Notes: generated by a model from the letters alone, not told the origin. 64,000 nt of DNA from an uncultured Acidobacteriota bacterium (GCA_963774105.1 CAVZDV010000003.1:4236-68235), one strand, 5' to 3'. Positions 53,090-62,190 are shown, numbered from the stretch's first letter. Made by a program: numbers and translations.

Positions 53090-53385
53090 TGCCCCCGGCA
53101 CGACTCGAACGTGCGACCCTCTGCTTAGCTTACCACTCCAGGTTTCCCTGGCCTCAAAAAGCGAGTTGTGGTCTGGACTATATCTTGGGCATTTCAGCCC
53201 GGATGCGTGTAGTCTCTACGGCGTCCTCGTAAAAAAAACTTACGAGGTTCCCTCGGTATTGTCATGGGAGCCTTGCAGCTCCTTTAGAGTTCCACCGATA
53301 CAGCACCCTCCACTGTGCGGATTACTTATTCTCCGCACAGGCTCCTACTTGAAGGCAGATGCTCTATCCGCTGAGCTACGGGGGC
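53090..53385 (-). tRNA. tRNA-Arg (TCT) interrupted by a group I intron
   Basis: 5' exon 53385..53352 is GCCCCCG-TA-GCTC-AGCGGATA-GAGC-A-TCTGC-CTT. 3' exon 53128..53090 is CTAA-GCAGA-GGGTC-GCACG-TTCGAGT-CGTGC-CGGGGGC-A. Spliced, this gives a 73-nt cloverleaf with loop CTTCTAA. No CCA is encoded. Confidence 0.88.
53129..53351 (-). ncRNA. Group I self-splicing intron, 223 nt, no ORF
   Basis: P1 CUU/GAG with U.G at the splice site. P10 UAG/CUA. P2 CUGUGCGGA/UCCGCACAG. P3 GGGUGC/GCAUCC. P4 UCGGUG/UACCGA. P5 GGAGC/GCUCC. P6 CCUCGUA/UACGAGG. P7 GACUA/UAGUC. P8 GGGC-UGAAAU-GCCC. J8/7 AAGAUA. P9 CCAGG-GAAA-CCUGG. Terminal G. The segment GUAGAGACUAC...AAGAUAUAGUCC resembles the conserved group I core. 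Confidence 0.85.
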
Positions 53386-53504
53386 ACATCAATCAGAAGC
53401 GTGGGGATGTTAGCACGCGGGTCGCGGGGGGCGTCAACCGCGCTGCCAGGCTCGCTTTCGCGGGGGTTATGGTAAAGTGGCCGCAAACCTTTCGCGGAGC
53501 GAGT

Positions 53505-54623
53505 ATGAGACAACGTAGAAATCAGGCGCGCTGGATCGCGCTGATGGTCGCCACGGGCATCGCGCTCTACCTGTGCTGGCGGATGCTGCAACCTTTCGTC
53601 GAGGTGCTGGCGTGGGCCGCCGTGCTCGTCGTCGTCTTTTACCCCGTCCACAGGCGGCTCGTGGCGCGCACCCATCGGCCCTCGGCCAGCGCGGCGCTCT
53701 CGTCCCTGCTGGTCGTCGTGACGATTCTGCTGCCCGTCACACTCATCGTCATCGCCCTGGTGCGCGAACTCGCGGGCTTCGCGCAGAGCCTGCAAGCCAA
53801 CGTCCAGACGCTGCTCGACCCGAACTCACCCGTCACGGGGCGCTTCCTCAACTGGCTGTCGCAGTACGTGGACGTGGAGCAGTTCCGCTCGCAGGAGTTT
53901 CTGGCCGAGCGGCTGAAGGGGCTCGGCGGGGCCATCGCGCCGACCACGTTGAGAATCGTCGGCGGCGTCGGCGGCGTCGTCATAGAGTTCTTCTTCGTCA
54001 TCTTCACCATGTACTACCTCTTCCGCGACGGCAACCGCATCGTCACGGCGCTGCCCGACGTGCTCCCGCTCGACAGGTCGCAGAGCGAAAAAATCCTGGC
54101 GCGCACGCGCGAGGTGATCTCGGCGAGCCTCTACGGCGTGCTCGTCATCGCCTTGATTCAGGGTACTCTGGGCGGCCTGGCCTTCTGGGCGCTGGGGCTG
54201 CCCTCGCCGATTGTCTGGGGCGTGGTGATGACGCTGCTCTCCATGATTCCCATGGCAGGAGCCTTCATCGTGTGGGTCCCGGCCGCGCTCTTCCTGGTGG
54301 CGACGGGCCACGTGACGAAGGCCATTATCCTGGCCGCCTGGGGCGCGCTCGTCATAGGCACCGTGGACAACTTCCTGCGCCCGAAACTGGTCGGCGAGAA
54401 GACGAAGCTGCACGAGCTGTTCATCTTCTTCTCTGTCATCGGGGGGCTGAAAGTCTTCGGCGTGCTGGGCATCGTGCTGGGGCCTGTCGTGCTGGCCGTC
54501 ACGCTCGCGCTGCTGGACGTTTTCAGGCAGGTCGAGCAGACGGAAGAGGAGGCCGAGCGCGAGCCGACGCTCGTCGAGAAGGCTGCGTTGAAAGAGTCCA
54601 GCCCCGCCCCGGAGGCCGGGTAG
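53505..54623 (+). CDS. AI-2E family transporter (PerM-like permease)
   Basis: About 8 TM helices with the typical family layout (LQPFVEVLAWAAVLVVVFYP..., VIEFFFVIFTMYYLFRDG..., GGLKVFGVLGIVLGPVVLAV). ATG 53505. The track start 53166 runs through the tRNA-Arg gene. Confidence 0.85.
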   Translation: MRQRRNQARWIALMVATGIALYLCWRMLQPFVEVLAWAAVLVVVFYPVHRRLVARTHRPSASAALSSLLVVVTILLPVTLIVIALVRELAGFAQSLQANVQTLLDPNSPVTGRFLNWLSQYVDVEQFRSQEFLAERLKGLGGAIAPTTLRIVGGVGGVVIEFFFVIFTMYYLFRDGNRIVTALPDVLPLDRSQSEKILARTREVISASLYGVLVIALIQGTLGGLAFWALGLPSPIVWGVVMTLLSMIPMAGAFIVWVPAALFLVATGHVTKAIILAAWGALVIGTVDNFLRPKLVGEKTKLHELFIFFSVIGGLKVFGVLGIVLGPVVLAVTLALLDVFRQVEQTEEEAEREPTLVEKAALKESSPAPEAG

Positions 54624-54657
54624 CGCGCGCCGCCACGCTTGAGCCACGAGGACAAAA

Positions 54658-55209
54658 GTGACAGTTGACGAGAAGAGAAGCCCCTGGCAGACACTCGGGT
54701 CCAGAGAGGTTTACGACAATCCGTGGATCAGGGTGCGCGAGGACGCGGTCATTCGCCCGGACGGCGAGCGCGGGATTTACGGCGTCGTTCATTACAAGAA
54801 CCTGGCGGTCGGCGTCCTCCCCGTCGAAGGCGAGTTCGTCTACCTGGTCGGCCAGTACCGCTACCCGCTAGAAAAGTATTCTTGGGAGATTCCAGAGGGC
54901 GGGTGCCCCGAGGGCGAAGACCCGCTCGACGCGGCCAGGCGCGAATTGGAAGAGGAGGCGGGCCTGCGCGCCGCACGCTGGGAAAAGATGGGCGAAGCAG
55001 ACCTCTCGAACTCCGTCTCGGACGAGCACGCCATCTGGTATCTCGCCACAGAACTCACGCAAGGCCAACACAACCCGGACGGGACCGAACAACTGGAAGT
55101 CCGGCGCGTCCCGTTCGGGCGGGCTTTGGAGATGGCGCTCAAAGGTGAGATTACGGACGCGATGAGTTTGCTGGCGCTAATGCAGTATCAATTGAGGGGT
55201 CGCGTGTAG
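54658..55209 (+). CDS. NUDIX hydrolase (ADP-ribose pyrophosphatase-like)
   Basis: Nudix box GGCPEGEDPLDAARRELEEEAGL. GTG start per the track. Confidence 0.85.
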   Translation: MTVDEKRSPWQTLGSREVYDNPWIRVREDAVIRPDGERGIYGVVHYKNLAVGVLPVEGEFVYLVGQYRYPLEKYSWEIPEGGCPEGEDPLDAARRELEEEAGLRAARWEKMGEADLSNSVSDEHAIWYLATELTQGQHNPDGTEQLEVRRVPFGRALEMALKGEITDAMSLLALMQYQLRGRV

Positions 55210-55281
55210 ATAGAAATAAGGCCGCCGGCGATTAACGCTGGCGGCCTTCAAAATTGCGAGAGTATTTCGAAAAGGTTTAGG

Positions 55282-55530
55282 TTAGGCGGCGCGGCGGTCA
55301 TCCGCCGTTTCGGCGAAGACGCGGCGGCCGTTCAAGGCGTCATCTATGATTTCGCGCACTGCCGAAGTGTCCGGGTTGACGTCCATCCGGTCACAGGCAC
55401 GCAGATGACGAATGATGCCCTCTGTCGCGATATCCAGGGCCGACCCGCCCAGCTTGGAAAAGCGGCGCGCCTGGATGTGGTCAATTCTCAGTAGCCGCTC
55501 ATTCAGCGGCAGATGCCTGTCAAAAGTCAC
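55282..55530 (-). CDS. Hypothetical protein (82 aa)
   Basis: AAGGAG lies 9 nt before GTG 55530. GC-rich third positions occur only in this part of the track ORF 55282..55716. Confidence 0.45.
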   Translation of the reverse strand: MTFDRHLPLNERLLRIDHIQARRFSKLGGSALDIATEGIIRHLRACDRMDVNPDTSAVREIIDDALNGRRVFAETADDRRAA

Positions 55531-55819
55531 GTTTCCTAGCTCCTTGTATGCGCTCGAAAGCCCGTTTTTCGTTCCCCTCAACACGCGCCTCCGAGGCAGT
55601 ATTGTTAGAGAGATTTTAGATGCCTGCCTCAAGTTCCGGGATGCAAAACCGTTGCATTTCCACGGAAATTTTGTAGGGAAGGCAGACAGAGAGCTTGTTC
55701 CCACAGATAGCTTCAATATCTGTCCCCAACAAAACGGATGATTGTAGAGGAAAATCCCGGAAAATGGAAGATTTTTTTCCGTGAGCCGGCCGGCCGCAGG
55801 AAATCAGCGAAATTTTACT

Positions 55820-55889
55820 CAAAAAGCGCCGAAACGACAGCACCGCCCGCGGATTCTGCGCTGACGGGCAGAATCCTCAAGGCGGCGCT
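55820..55889 (-). terminator. Long hairpin plus T-tract downstream of the HU gene
   Basis: On the minus strand: AGCGCCGCC...GGATTCTGC-CCGTCAGC-GCAGAATCC...GGCGGTGC...CGGCGCT followed by TTTTT. Confidence 0.6.
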
Positions 55890-55923
55890 AGTAGTATTGA
55901 AGAACGTATGCTTTGAAAACAAC

Positions 55924-56238
55924 CTAACCCTTTTTGGGAACGACTGAATCCTTCATGCCTTTGCCGACGCGGAATTTGAGCGTGGTTTTGGCCGGAATCT
56001 GAATGGTCTCGCCGGTGGCCGGGTTACGGCCTTCGCGGGCCTTACGCTCTGAGAGGACGAGCTTGCCGAAGCCCGGCAAAGCGAACTCGCCGTTAGATTT
56101 AACTTCCGTTTGAGCCAGATTCGACAACTCGTCGAAGAGCTCCTTGACTTGCGCGCGCTTGAGACCGAACTTCTCCGCGAAGTGGTTGAGCACTTCGGAT
56201 TGGGTCATGCGCTTCTTGCCTGCCGCTGTGGTCGCCAT
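55924..56238 (-). CDS. HU-family nucleoid DNA-binding protein
   Basis: MTQSEVLNHFAEKFGLKRAQVKELFDEL ... FGKLVLSERKAREGRNPATGETIQIPAKTTLKFRVGK, the canonical HU/IHF arm. Confidence 0.92.
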   Translation of the reverse strand: MATTAAGKKRMTQSEVLNHFAEKFGLKRAQVKELFDELSNLAQTEVKSNGEFALPGFGKLVLSERKAREGRNPATGETIQIPAKTTLKFRVGKGMKDSVVPKKG

Positions 56239-56403
56239 GGCGTAGTCTGATTACCTCCAAGAAAGTGGGCGAAATTGAAAAAGCTTGTAGACCAACATAT
56301 ATCACACTGAAAGGCTTCGCGTCTCCCCAAAAACAGCGATTTTCAGCCATTCCGCGTGATTTTTTTAATTTCCAGACTTCCCGAGCCCGTAACGTGGACG
56401 CAA

Positions 56404-56425
56404 TAAAAAGCAGCCCTCGGCTGCT
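56404..56425 (-). terminator. Hairpin plus T-tract downstream of tRNA-Pro
   Basis: AGCAGCC-CTC-GGCTGCT on the plus strand, with ATAAAAA on its 5' side. This gives a U-run after the hairpin on the minus strand. Confidence 0.6.
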
Positions 56426-56440
56426 TCTCTGAAATATGAC

Positions 56441-56518
<78 letters not shown>

Positions 56519-56565
56519 CTAAGAAACTCCAAGGGAGGCATTCTAGCGGGCAGTTATAAAAAGGG

Positions 56566-57177
56566 TCAAGGCGTAGTTCGGAAACAATCGGTCAGGAAGG
56601 AGCGCGCGGCTTTCAGGGCCAGCGCGCGGTGGCTGATGTCCTGTTTGATTTCGGCCGACAACTCCCCGAAGGTCTGCTCGAAGCCGTCCGGGAGAAAGAC
56701 AGGGTCGTAGCCGAAGCCGCGCGTCCCGCGAGGGGCATGGACGATGCGGCCCTCGCACGTCCCGGTCGAAAGGTTCCTGATTCGCCCGCCGGGGTCCGCA
56801 ATCGCTATCACGCAGACGAAGCGCGCGCGCCTCTCCCCGGCGGCCGTCCCCGAAAGCTTTTCGAGAAGGAGTTCAACGCGGCCCGCGTCGGTCAAACCCG
56901 CGCCGCCGTAGCGCGCAGAGTAGACGCCCGGCGCGCCGCCCAGAGCTTCGACCTCTAATCCCGAATCGTCCGCCAGCGTCCAGAGTCCCGTCTGTCCGGC
57001 GTACCCCTGCGCCTTGAGGGCGGCGTTGTCGGCAAAGGTTTGGCCCGTCTCCTCGACCTCCACTGCCCCGGAAAACTCTGCCAGGTCTCTCAGCCGCAGC
57101 GGGAGGCCCGCGAGCAGGAGGCGCAGCTCCGCGACCTTCCCTTTGTTGCCCGTGGCGATGAGCAGTTCGTTTGTCAT
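56566..57177 (-). CDS. rdgB: Non-canonical purine NTP pyrophosphatase (RdgB/Ham1 family)
   Basis: [57 protein letters not shown]. The Met at 57177 is preferred over the track start 57255. Confidence 0.9.
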   Translation of the reverse strand: MTNELLIATGNKGKVAELRLLLAGLPLRLRDLAEFSGAVEVEETGQTFADNAALKAQGYAGQTGLWTLADDSGLEVEALGGAPGVYSARYGGAGLTDAGRVELLLEKLSGTAAGERRARFVCVIAIADPGGRIRNLSTGTCEGRIVHAPRGTRGFGYDPVFLPDGFEQTFGELSAEIKQDISHRALALKAARSFLTDCFRTTP

Positions 57178-57319
57178 CACTCTTTTCGTCGCTTTTCCGG
57201 CCATATCGCCGGCCAAAAAATAATTTTTGCCAGCCGGAGGGTTTCGTGCATACAATCAATTGGGCGCGCTCCGGCCGAAGCACCAGCGCGCGAGACGATT
57301 ATAAGGTGGAAGTCCAGGC

Positions 57320-58696
57320 ATGCTCAGTTCCACGGCGGAGGCGACCCCGCCCCCGAAAGAGAAAGATTTTCCGCTCCCGCCAGCCGGGCGCGAAGAAGCC
57401 GGCGACACGGACGCCGCGGCCAACGTGCGCGAGATCAGCATGTGGCTGCGCGCGCTGCATAGCTACTTCAACACCCACAACCACCCGCTCGCGGAAGGGA
57501 ACCCGGAGGGGCTGGTTGCGCAGGACTGGACTAACGAGCTGCGCGTCGCGCGCCGGACGCTGCTGCGCGTCTCCGAGCTGGTCTTCCGCTCCGTACACTT
57601 CGAGCAGCCGGACAGCACCATCTTCGACGACGCCGAGGCCGCCGTCACGCTCGACGCCCTCCCGACGCCCGGCCCCGCCGAAGAGATGAAGACGGGAGTC
57701 ACGGACGACGCGCTGCTGGCGCTCGCCGCGTCGCTCGGCGACGCCTGCGATTTGTGCCAGTCGCTGCTGGAACTGCGGCCCGTCAGTCTACACGCCTGGG
57801 TGAATCTGGGCCAGAACCTAAAGCGCGATCTGGGCCGGCTCGAAGGCGCGAAAACCCTGACGCGGCTCCACACCCGCCAGGAAACGCTCAACATCCCCGC
57901 GCCGCTCCTGGACCTGGCGCGCGGGGCCACCGGCTCGCCCGCGCTCGCCGCCGACATGCTTCACGTCTTCACCGGCCTCTACAGGCTGCTCGGCTACCTG
58001 CACTTCGTCGAAACTCTGTTGCTGAGCGACCAGCCGCTCAAGCAGACGCTGCCCGTCTTCACGCTCGTGCACGAGGAGGCGCGCGCGCTGACCGAATTCA
58101 TCAAGGCGCGCGCGATGAGCGACGGCGGGCTGGACAAGCACGCCCTGGAGGCGCTCGACAGCACGAGCTACGCGATCTCTATGGAGCTGCGCAAGGTCTT
58201 CGCGCACGAGCTGGTGGGACTCTCCGCGCTCCAGCAGGCCCCGCTGATTTACGCCAAGGTGGAGAACGCGCACGGGCTGCTGCGCGACTCTTTCCAGCAG
58301 TCCGTGGCTGGCCTCGCGCAGGTCTTAGACCCGGCGCTCGACGGCGCGCAGCTCTTCGACGCGTTCCGCAACAGATTGGGCCAATCTCTCGCGCTCCGCC
58401 GCGACCTGTGGACGCTGCTGCAACTCGTCAGGCGCTGCGAGCGCGAGCCGGAGACGGTCGAGCGGCTGCTCACCACGCTCGCCTGGTTCCGCGACGGGAG
58501 CCTGCGCTACCTGATGTTCAAGGACTGGGAAGCCTGCGAGCGCTTCATGGAAGAGGTTGACGTTGCGCGCCGGCGCGGCGAGCTGGCCCCCGTCCTGCAC
58601 CGCTTCACGGCCTACCTGGAAGCCCTCAGCAGCCAGGTCAACATGCGCGCCGTCCTCATCAACCACCCCTTCGATTACCCGGAACTGGCGGACTGA
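57320..58696 (+). CDS. Hypothetical all-helical protein (458 aa)
   Basis: Long clean ORF with GC-rich third positions. No motif recognised. Confidence 0.6.
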   Translation: MLSSTAEATPPPKEKDFPLPPAGREEAGDTDAAANVREISMWLRALHSYFNTHNHPLAEGNPEGLVAQDWTNELRVARRTLLRVSELVFRSVHFEQPDSTIFDDAEAAVTLDALPTPGPAEEMKTGVTDDALLALAASLGDACDLCQSLLELRPVSLHAWVNLGQNLKRDLGRLEGAKTLTRLHTRQETLNIPAPLLDLARGATGSPALAADMLHVFTGLYRLLGYLHFVETLLLSDQPLKQTLPVFTLVHEEARALTEFIKARAMSDGGLDKHALEALDSTSYAISMELRKVFAHELVGLSALQQAPLIYAKVENAHGLLRDSFQQSVAGLAQVLDPALDGAQLFDAFRNRLGQSLALRRDLWTLLQLVRRCEREPETVERLLTTLAWFRDGSLRYLMFKDWEACERFMEEVDVARRRGELAPVLHRFTAYLEALSSQVNMRAVLINHPFDYPELAD

Positions 58697-58752
58697 CAAC
58701 CCGAACCCCGCATCGTCATCACGCGCCGTGAGTACGCCTTGCGCGCCCGACG

Positions 58753-59025
58753 GTAAGGCTTAATCACGAGTGATTAGGACATAACCGCGCGAGGTTAAGG
58801 CGTAATCACTCGTGATTAGGACGTAATCCTCCGAGATTATGTTCTGCGCACGGCAGGTTAAGGCGTAATCACCCGCCGCTAAGGCATAATCACCGATGAT
58901 TAGGACATAATCACGGAAGATTACGCCATAACCTCTCATCATTACGCCTTAACCTCGCGCGGTTATGCTCTAATCACTCGTGATTATGCCCTAATCATCG
59001 GTGATTATGCCCTAATCGCCGGTAG
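58753..59025. repeat. 13 x 21-bp phased tandem array, also a large imperfect palindrome
   Basis: Units start with TTA (TTAAGGCGTAATCACTCGTGA, TTAGGACGTAATCCTCCGAGA, ... TTATGCCCTAATCATCGGTGA). Five 16-bp dyads TAATCA(C/T)-NN-(G/A)TGATTA lie at 58761, 58803, 58887, 58971 and 58992, so spacings are 42, 84, 84 and 21. 58757..58805 is the inverted repeat of 58942..58990. Confidence 0.9.
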
Positions 59026-59032
59026 CTTCTTC

Positions 59033-60781
59033 TTAACGCGACTCGGCCGTCGCGTCGTCGGACGGGGCGAACTGCGAGGCCAGCGAGCCGAACTGCCCGA
59101 ACGACGAGCGCGTCCTTCTCTCGAAGCCGCGGTCGGCCAGGCGCGTCTCGCTGAGCGCGTAGCGCAACCGGCCGAGCGCCTCTTCTAACTGAGCCGGGTC
59201 CGCAGGCCGCTCGCGCACCCCGCGTTGAGACGCGAGGGCCGTGACGAAGGTCCGCGCGGGCGCGTCGTCCTCCGTGAAGGTCGCGACGTTCGCCGGGCCT
59301 GCGGCCGAGGCCAGCCGCGCCGCCTGCTGGAAATGGTCGTCGGCGGCGAGCGTGCGCCCTGCGGTGCGCGCATCAAGGCAGCGGCGCAAGTTCTCGGCCG
59401 TCCCCATCATCAGGTAGCCGCCGACGAAGCTGGCGGCGTCCTTCCTCTCGTTGTCGGAGACGAGCAGCTCCGCGCCGCCGACTCTTTCGACGCGCGGCTT
59501 CGCGCCGATGCGCCGCGCCAGGAAATCGCGCAGAGTCTTTTCGTCGCGCACCTGCACGACCGTCACAGTGTTTGAGCCCGAGTTGTCCAGCCGCGCCGTC
59601 ACTATTTCTGGGCCAATGGCCCGGAGGAAAGCGTCCGGCTCCTCTATGCCGTAAGGCTTGAGCGAGGCGGCCAGCAGGCGCGTGATGAGGACGGAGCCGA
59701 GCACGTCGGCCTGCGAGGCGATGGCGTCGTTCAGGCCGCGCCAGGCCCGCGCCGGCTCGTCGTAGTTGTAGCGCGACAGGGAATAGGTGTCCGCCGGCAG
59801 CAACTCGCTCGACGACGAAGCCCCGTCGGGCCGCGCGCCGAGCGCCGGCCGCAGTCTTTCGGCGACGCCGTTTTCGAGGGCGAGAAAGTAACGGTCCTCG
59901 ATTGCGCCGTCTGCGAGGCGTGCGCTCCAACCCGCGCCGCCTAAGATTTTTTTGGCGAGCGGCGGCAACATGCTGGCCGCCGCGCTCTGCGCGCGCGGGT
60001 CCTGCGAAATCTGTCCGGCGTAGGCCGTGGCCGCCATCTCAAGCAGCCGCGCCGTGCCTTCCGGCGAGACGTAGCCGAAGGCGAGCGCGCCATTGCCGCC
60101 TTCGACGCGCCGCCGCATCTCCTCCAACTGCGGGTTGCCTTCGAGGCTCGGGCGCTCGCCGCGGCGGACGGCCAGGCACGCCTGCACGGCCACCTCGTCG
60201 TTGCCGAGGACGGCGAGGCTCCCCGTCACGGCGGCCACGATGCGACGCTCGCCGTCCACTGAGCTCCACGTCGTAAACTTCGCGCCCCAGACCTCTTTCG
60301 TCTCGACGCGCGGCTCGCCGTAAGCGCGGCGCGCGAAATCGCCGACGCGCTTCTCGACCGCGCTCTGCAAGCGCCCCTCGCCCGTGTGGCTCTCGACCAC
60401 GACCGCGTAGACGGGCTTGATCTTCAGAGTGTCGCCCGCGTCGGCCGCCTCAAGGTTGAGCACGGCGACGGCTATCTGCGCGCGGGAGAGGACGACGGCG
60501 TCGGCCGGGCCAATTCCAGTCCAGGAGGCCAGCCGGCTGAGCCAGCCCAGGTTCCCCAGGTTCGACCTGATGCCCGCGGCCGGCGCGAGCGCCTTCCACG
60601 CGTCCGTGTTGATGACGCCGGTGGCTATGTCCGGCAGGTCGTTGGCTTCGAGGTAGACGAGCGTGTCGGCGGGGACATAGGCCGTCATGTTCACTTTGCG
60701 CGGGTAGTTCCACCACACCCAGACGGCCAGGACGAGGAGCAGGGCTAGAAAGACCAATAGTGCTTTGCGAAGAAATTTCAT
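59033..60781 (-). CDS. Membrane-anchored hypothetical protein (DUF3352-like by recollection)
   Basis: N-terminal anchor MKFLRKALLVFLALLLVLAVWVWW followed by AYVPADTLVYLEANDL. 582 aa. Family assignment is unverified. Confidence 0.6.
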   Translation of the reverse strand: MKFLRKALLVFLALLLVLAVWVWWNYPRKVNMTAYVPADTLVYLEANDLPDIATGVINTDAWKALAPAAGIRSNLGNLGWLSRLASWTGIGPADAVVLSRAQIAVAVLNLEAADAGDTLKIKPVYAVVVESHTGEGRLQSAVEKRVGDFARRAYGEPRVETKEVWGAKFTTWSSVDGERRIVAAVTGSLAVLGNDEVAVQACLAVRRGERPSLEGNPQLEEMRRRVEGGNGALAFGYVSPEGTARLLEMAATAYAGQISQDPRAQSAAASMLPPLAKKILGGAGWSARLADGAIEDRYFLALENGVAERLRPALGARPDGASSSSELLPADTYSLSRYNYDEPARAWRGLNDAIASQADVLGSVLITRLLAASLKPYGIEEPDAFLRAIGPEIVTARLDNSGSNTVTVVQVRDEKTLRDFLARRIGAKPRVERVGGAELLVSDNERKDAASFVGGYLMMGTAENLRRCLDARTAGRTLAADDHFQQAARLASAAGPANVATFTEDDAPARTFVTALASQRGVRERPADPAQLEEALGRLRYALSETRLADRGFERRTRSSFGQFGSLASQFAPSDDATAESR

Positions 60782-60903
60782 CCCGCCTGCATCGTAGCGT
60801 CTGTCTCAGGCGGCAGGCAAGCAGGCCGCACGTTGATGAGGCCAGTTGACTGTGATACTTTGATTCCTGATTTCATTAACCTTCAATTCGAGGCAGCGCC
60901 GCA

Positions 60904-61719
60904 ATGGCTTACCGCGAGCTACGCCCGCAGTCGCAGGCCGAGGCCGATTTCGACGAATTCTTAGAGAGCCTGCGCCGCGCGCTGACGGACGGGCGGCGCG
61001 ACCCGAACGACGTGGTCCGCGACACCCTCTACGAGCTCTACTACGGGGCCGGCCGCGCGCCAGACCCGTCTAACTTGTCGCCCTCCGCGCGCGCCGTCCT
61101 GCACACCTTCGACCCGCGCAACGTCACGACCGAGCCGGAGTATTACACGGACATTGACGCCGCGGCCTACGCTGAGCGCAAGCCTTTCACCTGGCTCTGG
61201 CAGATGTACGACCGCTCGCCGCTGGGCCAGAACGCGCACCTCGGCCACCGCTTCCGCCGGATGCTCGCGCCGTTAATCTTCCGCCGCGTCGGCGAGAACT
61301 TTAAGTGCTGGCACTTCGTCGAGTGGTCTTACGGCTACAACCTGACGTTCGGCGACAACGTCGTCATACACCGCCACGTACTCCTGGACGACCGCGGCGG
61401 GATAGAGATAGGCAACAACGTCTCCATCTCCGACTACGCCAACATCTACTCCCACACGCACGACATCGAGGACATACACAAGGTCTACAACCTCAAGACA
61501 CGCATCGGCGACGGCGCGCGCATCACCTACCACGCGACCGTGCTGGCCGGCACGCAGGTCGGCGAGCACTCTATGGTCGGGACGGGCGCGGTGGCGACCA
61601 GAGACGTTGAGCCCTACCACATCAAGGTCGGCATCCCCGCCAAGACCGTCAAGCTCAAGCGCGGCGCGGCCCGTGACGACGAAGAGAACGAAGACGTGAA
61701 GAGAATTAGCGAGCGCTGA
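60904..61719 (+). CDS. Left-handed beta-helix (hexapeptide-repeat) acyl/acetyltransferase
   Basis: FGDNVVIHRHVLLDDRGGIEIGNNVSISDYANIYSHTH ... IGDGARITYHATVLAGTQVGEHSMVGTGAVATRDVEPYHIKVGIPAK. Confidence 0.8.
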   Translation: MAYRELRPQSQAEADFDEFLESLRRALTDGRRDPNDVVRDTLYELYYGAGRAPDPSNLSPSARAVLHTFDPRNVTTEPEYYTDIDAAAYAERKPFTWLWQMYDRSPLGQNAHLGHRFRRMLAPLIFRRVGENFKCWHFVEWSYGYNLTFGDNVVIHRHVLLDDRGGIEIGNNVSISDYANIYSHTHDIEDIHKVYNLKTRIGDGARITYHATVLAGTQVGEHSMVGTGAVATRDVEPYHIKVGIPAKTVKLKRGAARDDEENEDVKRISER

Positions 61720-61793
61720 GGAGGCGCGAGGCTGTGCAATCAATCAAGGACTTGCTGACGAACAAAGAACAGAGGCCGGCGGAGGTCGTCGTG

Positions 61794-62072
61794 ATGAACA
61801 GAATCTCCGTCGCCGAGGGGCGCGAAGAAGATTTCGAGCAGACTTTTGCCGGGCGCGACCGCGCCGTAGACCAGATGCCAGGCTTCGTTGATTTGCGGGT
61901 CTTGCGCCCGGCCGAGGGGCGCACCTACGTCGTCATGACCCGCTGGAAATCCCGCGCGGACTTCGAGGCGTGGACGAAATCCGAAGCCTTCATCTCGGCC
62001 CACCGCAAACAGTCGCCCGGCCTCGCCGAAGGGCGGCCCGTCCTGGAAATCTACGAAGTCCTGGGCGACTGA
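61794..62072 (+). CDS. Antibiotic-biosynthesis-monooxygenase (ABM) domain protein
   Basis: MNRISVAEGREEDFEQTF ... PGFVDLRVLRP ... YVVMTRWKSRADFEAWTKSEAF. GGAGG lies 8 nt before ATG 61794. The track start is 61734. Confidence 0.75.
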   Translation: MNRISVAEGREEDFEQTFAGRDRAVDQMPGFVDLRVLRPAEGRTYVVMTRWKSRADFEAWTKSEAFISAHRKQSPGLAEGRPVLEIYEVLGD

Positions 62073-62190
62073 GTCTCCTGGAAGGAAACCGCCCCGATTC
62101 CAGAAAAACCCGCGCTGGCCGCCCCGCTGCTCACCAGATTCCAGCCTTATTCTCTTCTCTACCTGCGGGTTAAACAATTAAAAATAGCGA

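Noticed and set aside
53348-53354. TCA (opal-suppressor or Sec-like) anticodon read from the unspliced 5' exon (CTTCAAG)
   Set aside because: That loop only exists in the unspliced precursor. The splice junction is fixed by U(-1), the terminal G and the P1/P10 pairings, and it yields CTTCTAA (UCU). There is no long variable arm as in tRNA-Sec.
53166-53504. N-terminal 113 aa of track ORF 53166..54623
   Set aside because: This stretch runs straight through the tRNA-Arg exons and the group I intron on the opposite strand. The AI-2E transporter homology and TM helices start at the Met at 53505.
58760-58942. 60-aa ORF with heptad repeats (DYVLITS DYALTSR ...)
   Set aside because: The heptad periodicity is simply the 21-bp DNA repeat translated. 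There is no start context, and every frame gives a similar repeat.
58753-59025. Possible CRISPR array
   Set aside because: The units are contiguous 21-mers with no unique spacers. They are partly inverted relative to one another, and no cas genes are nearby.
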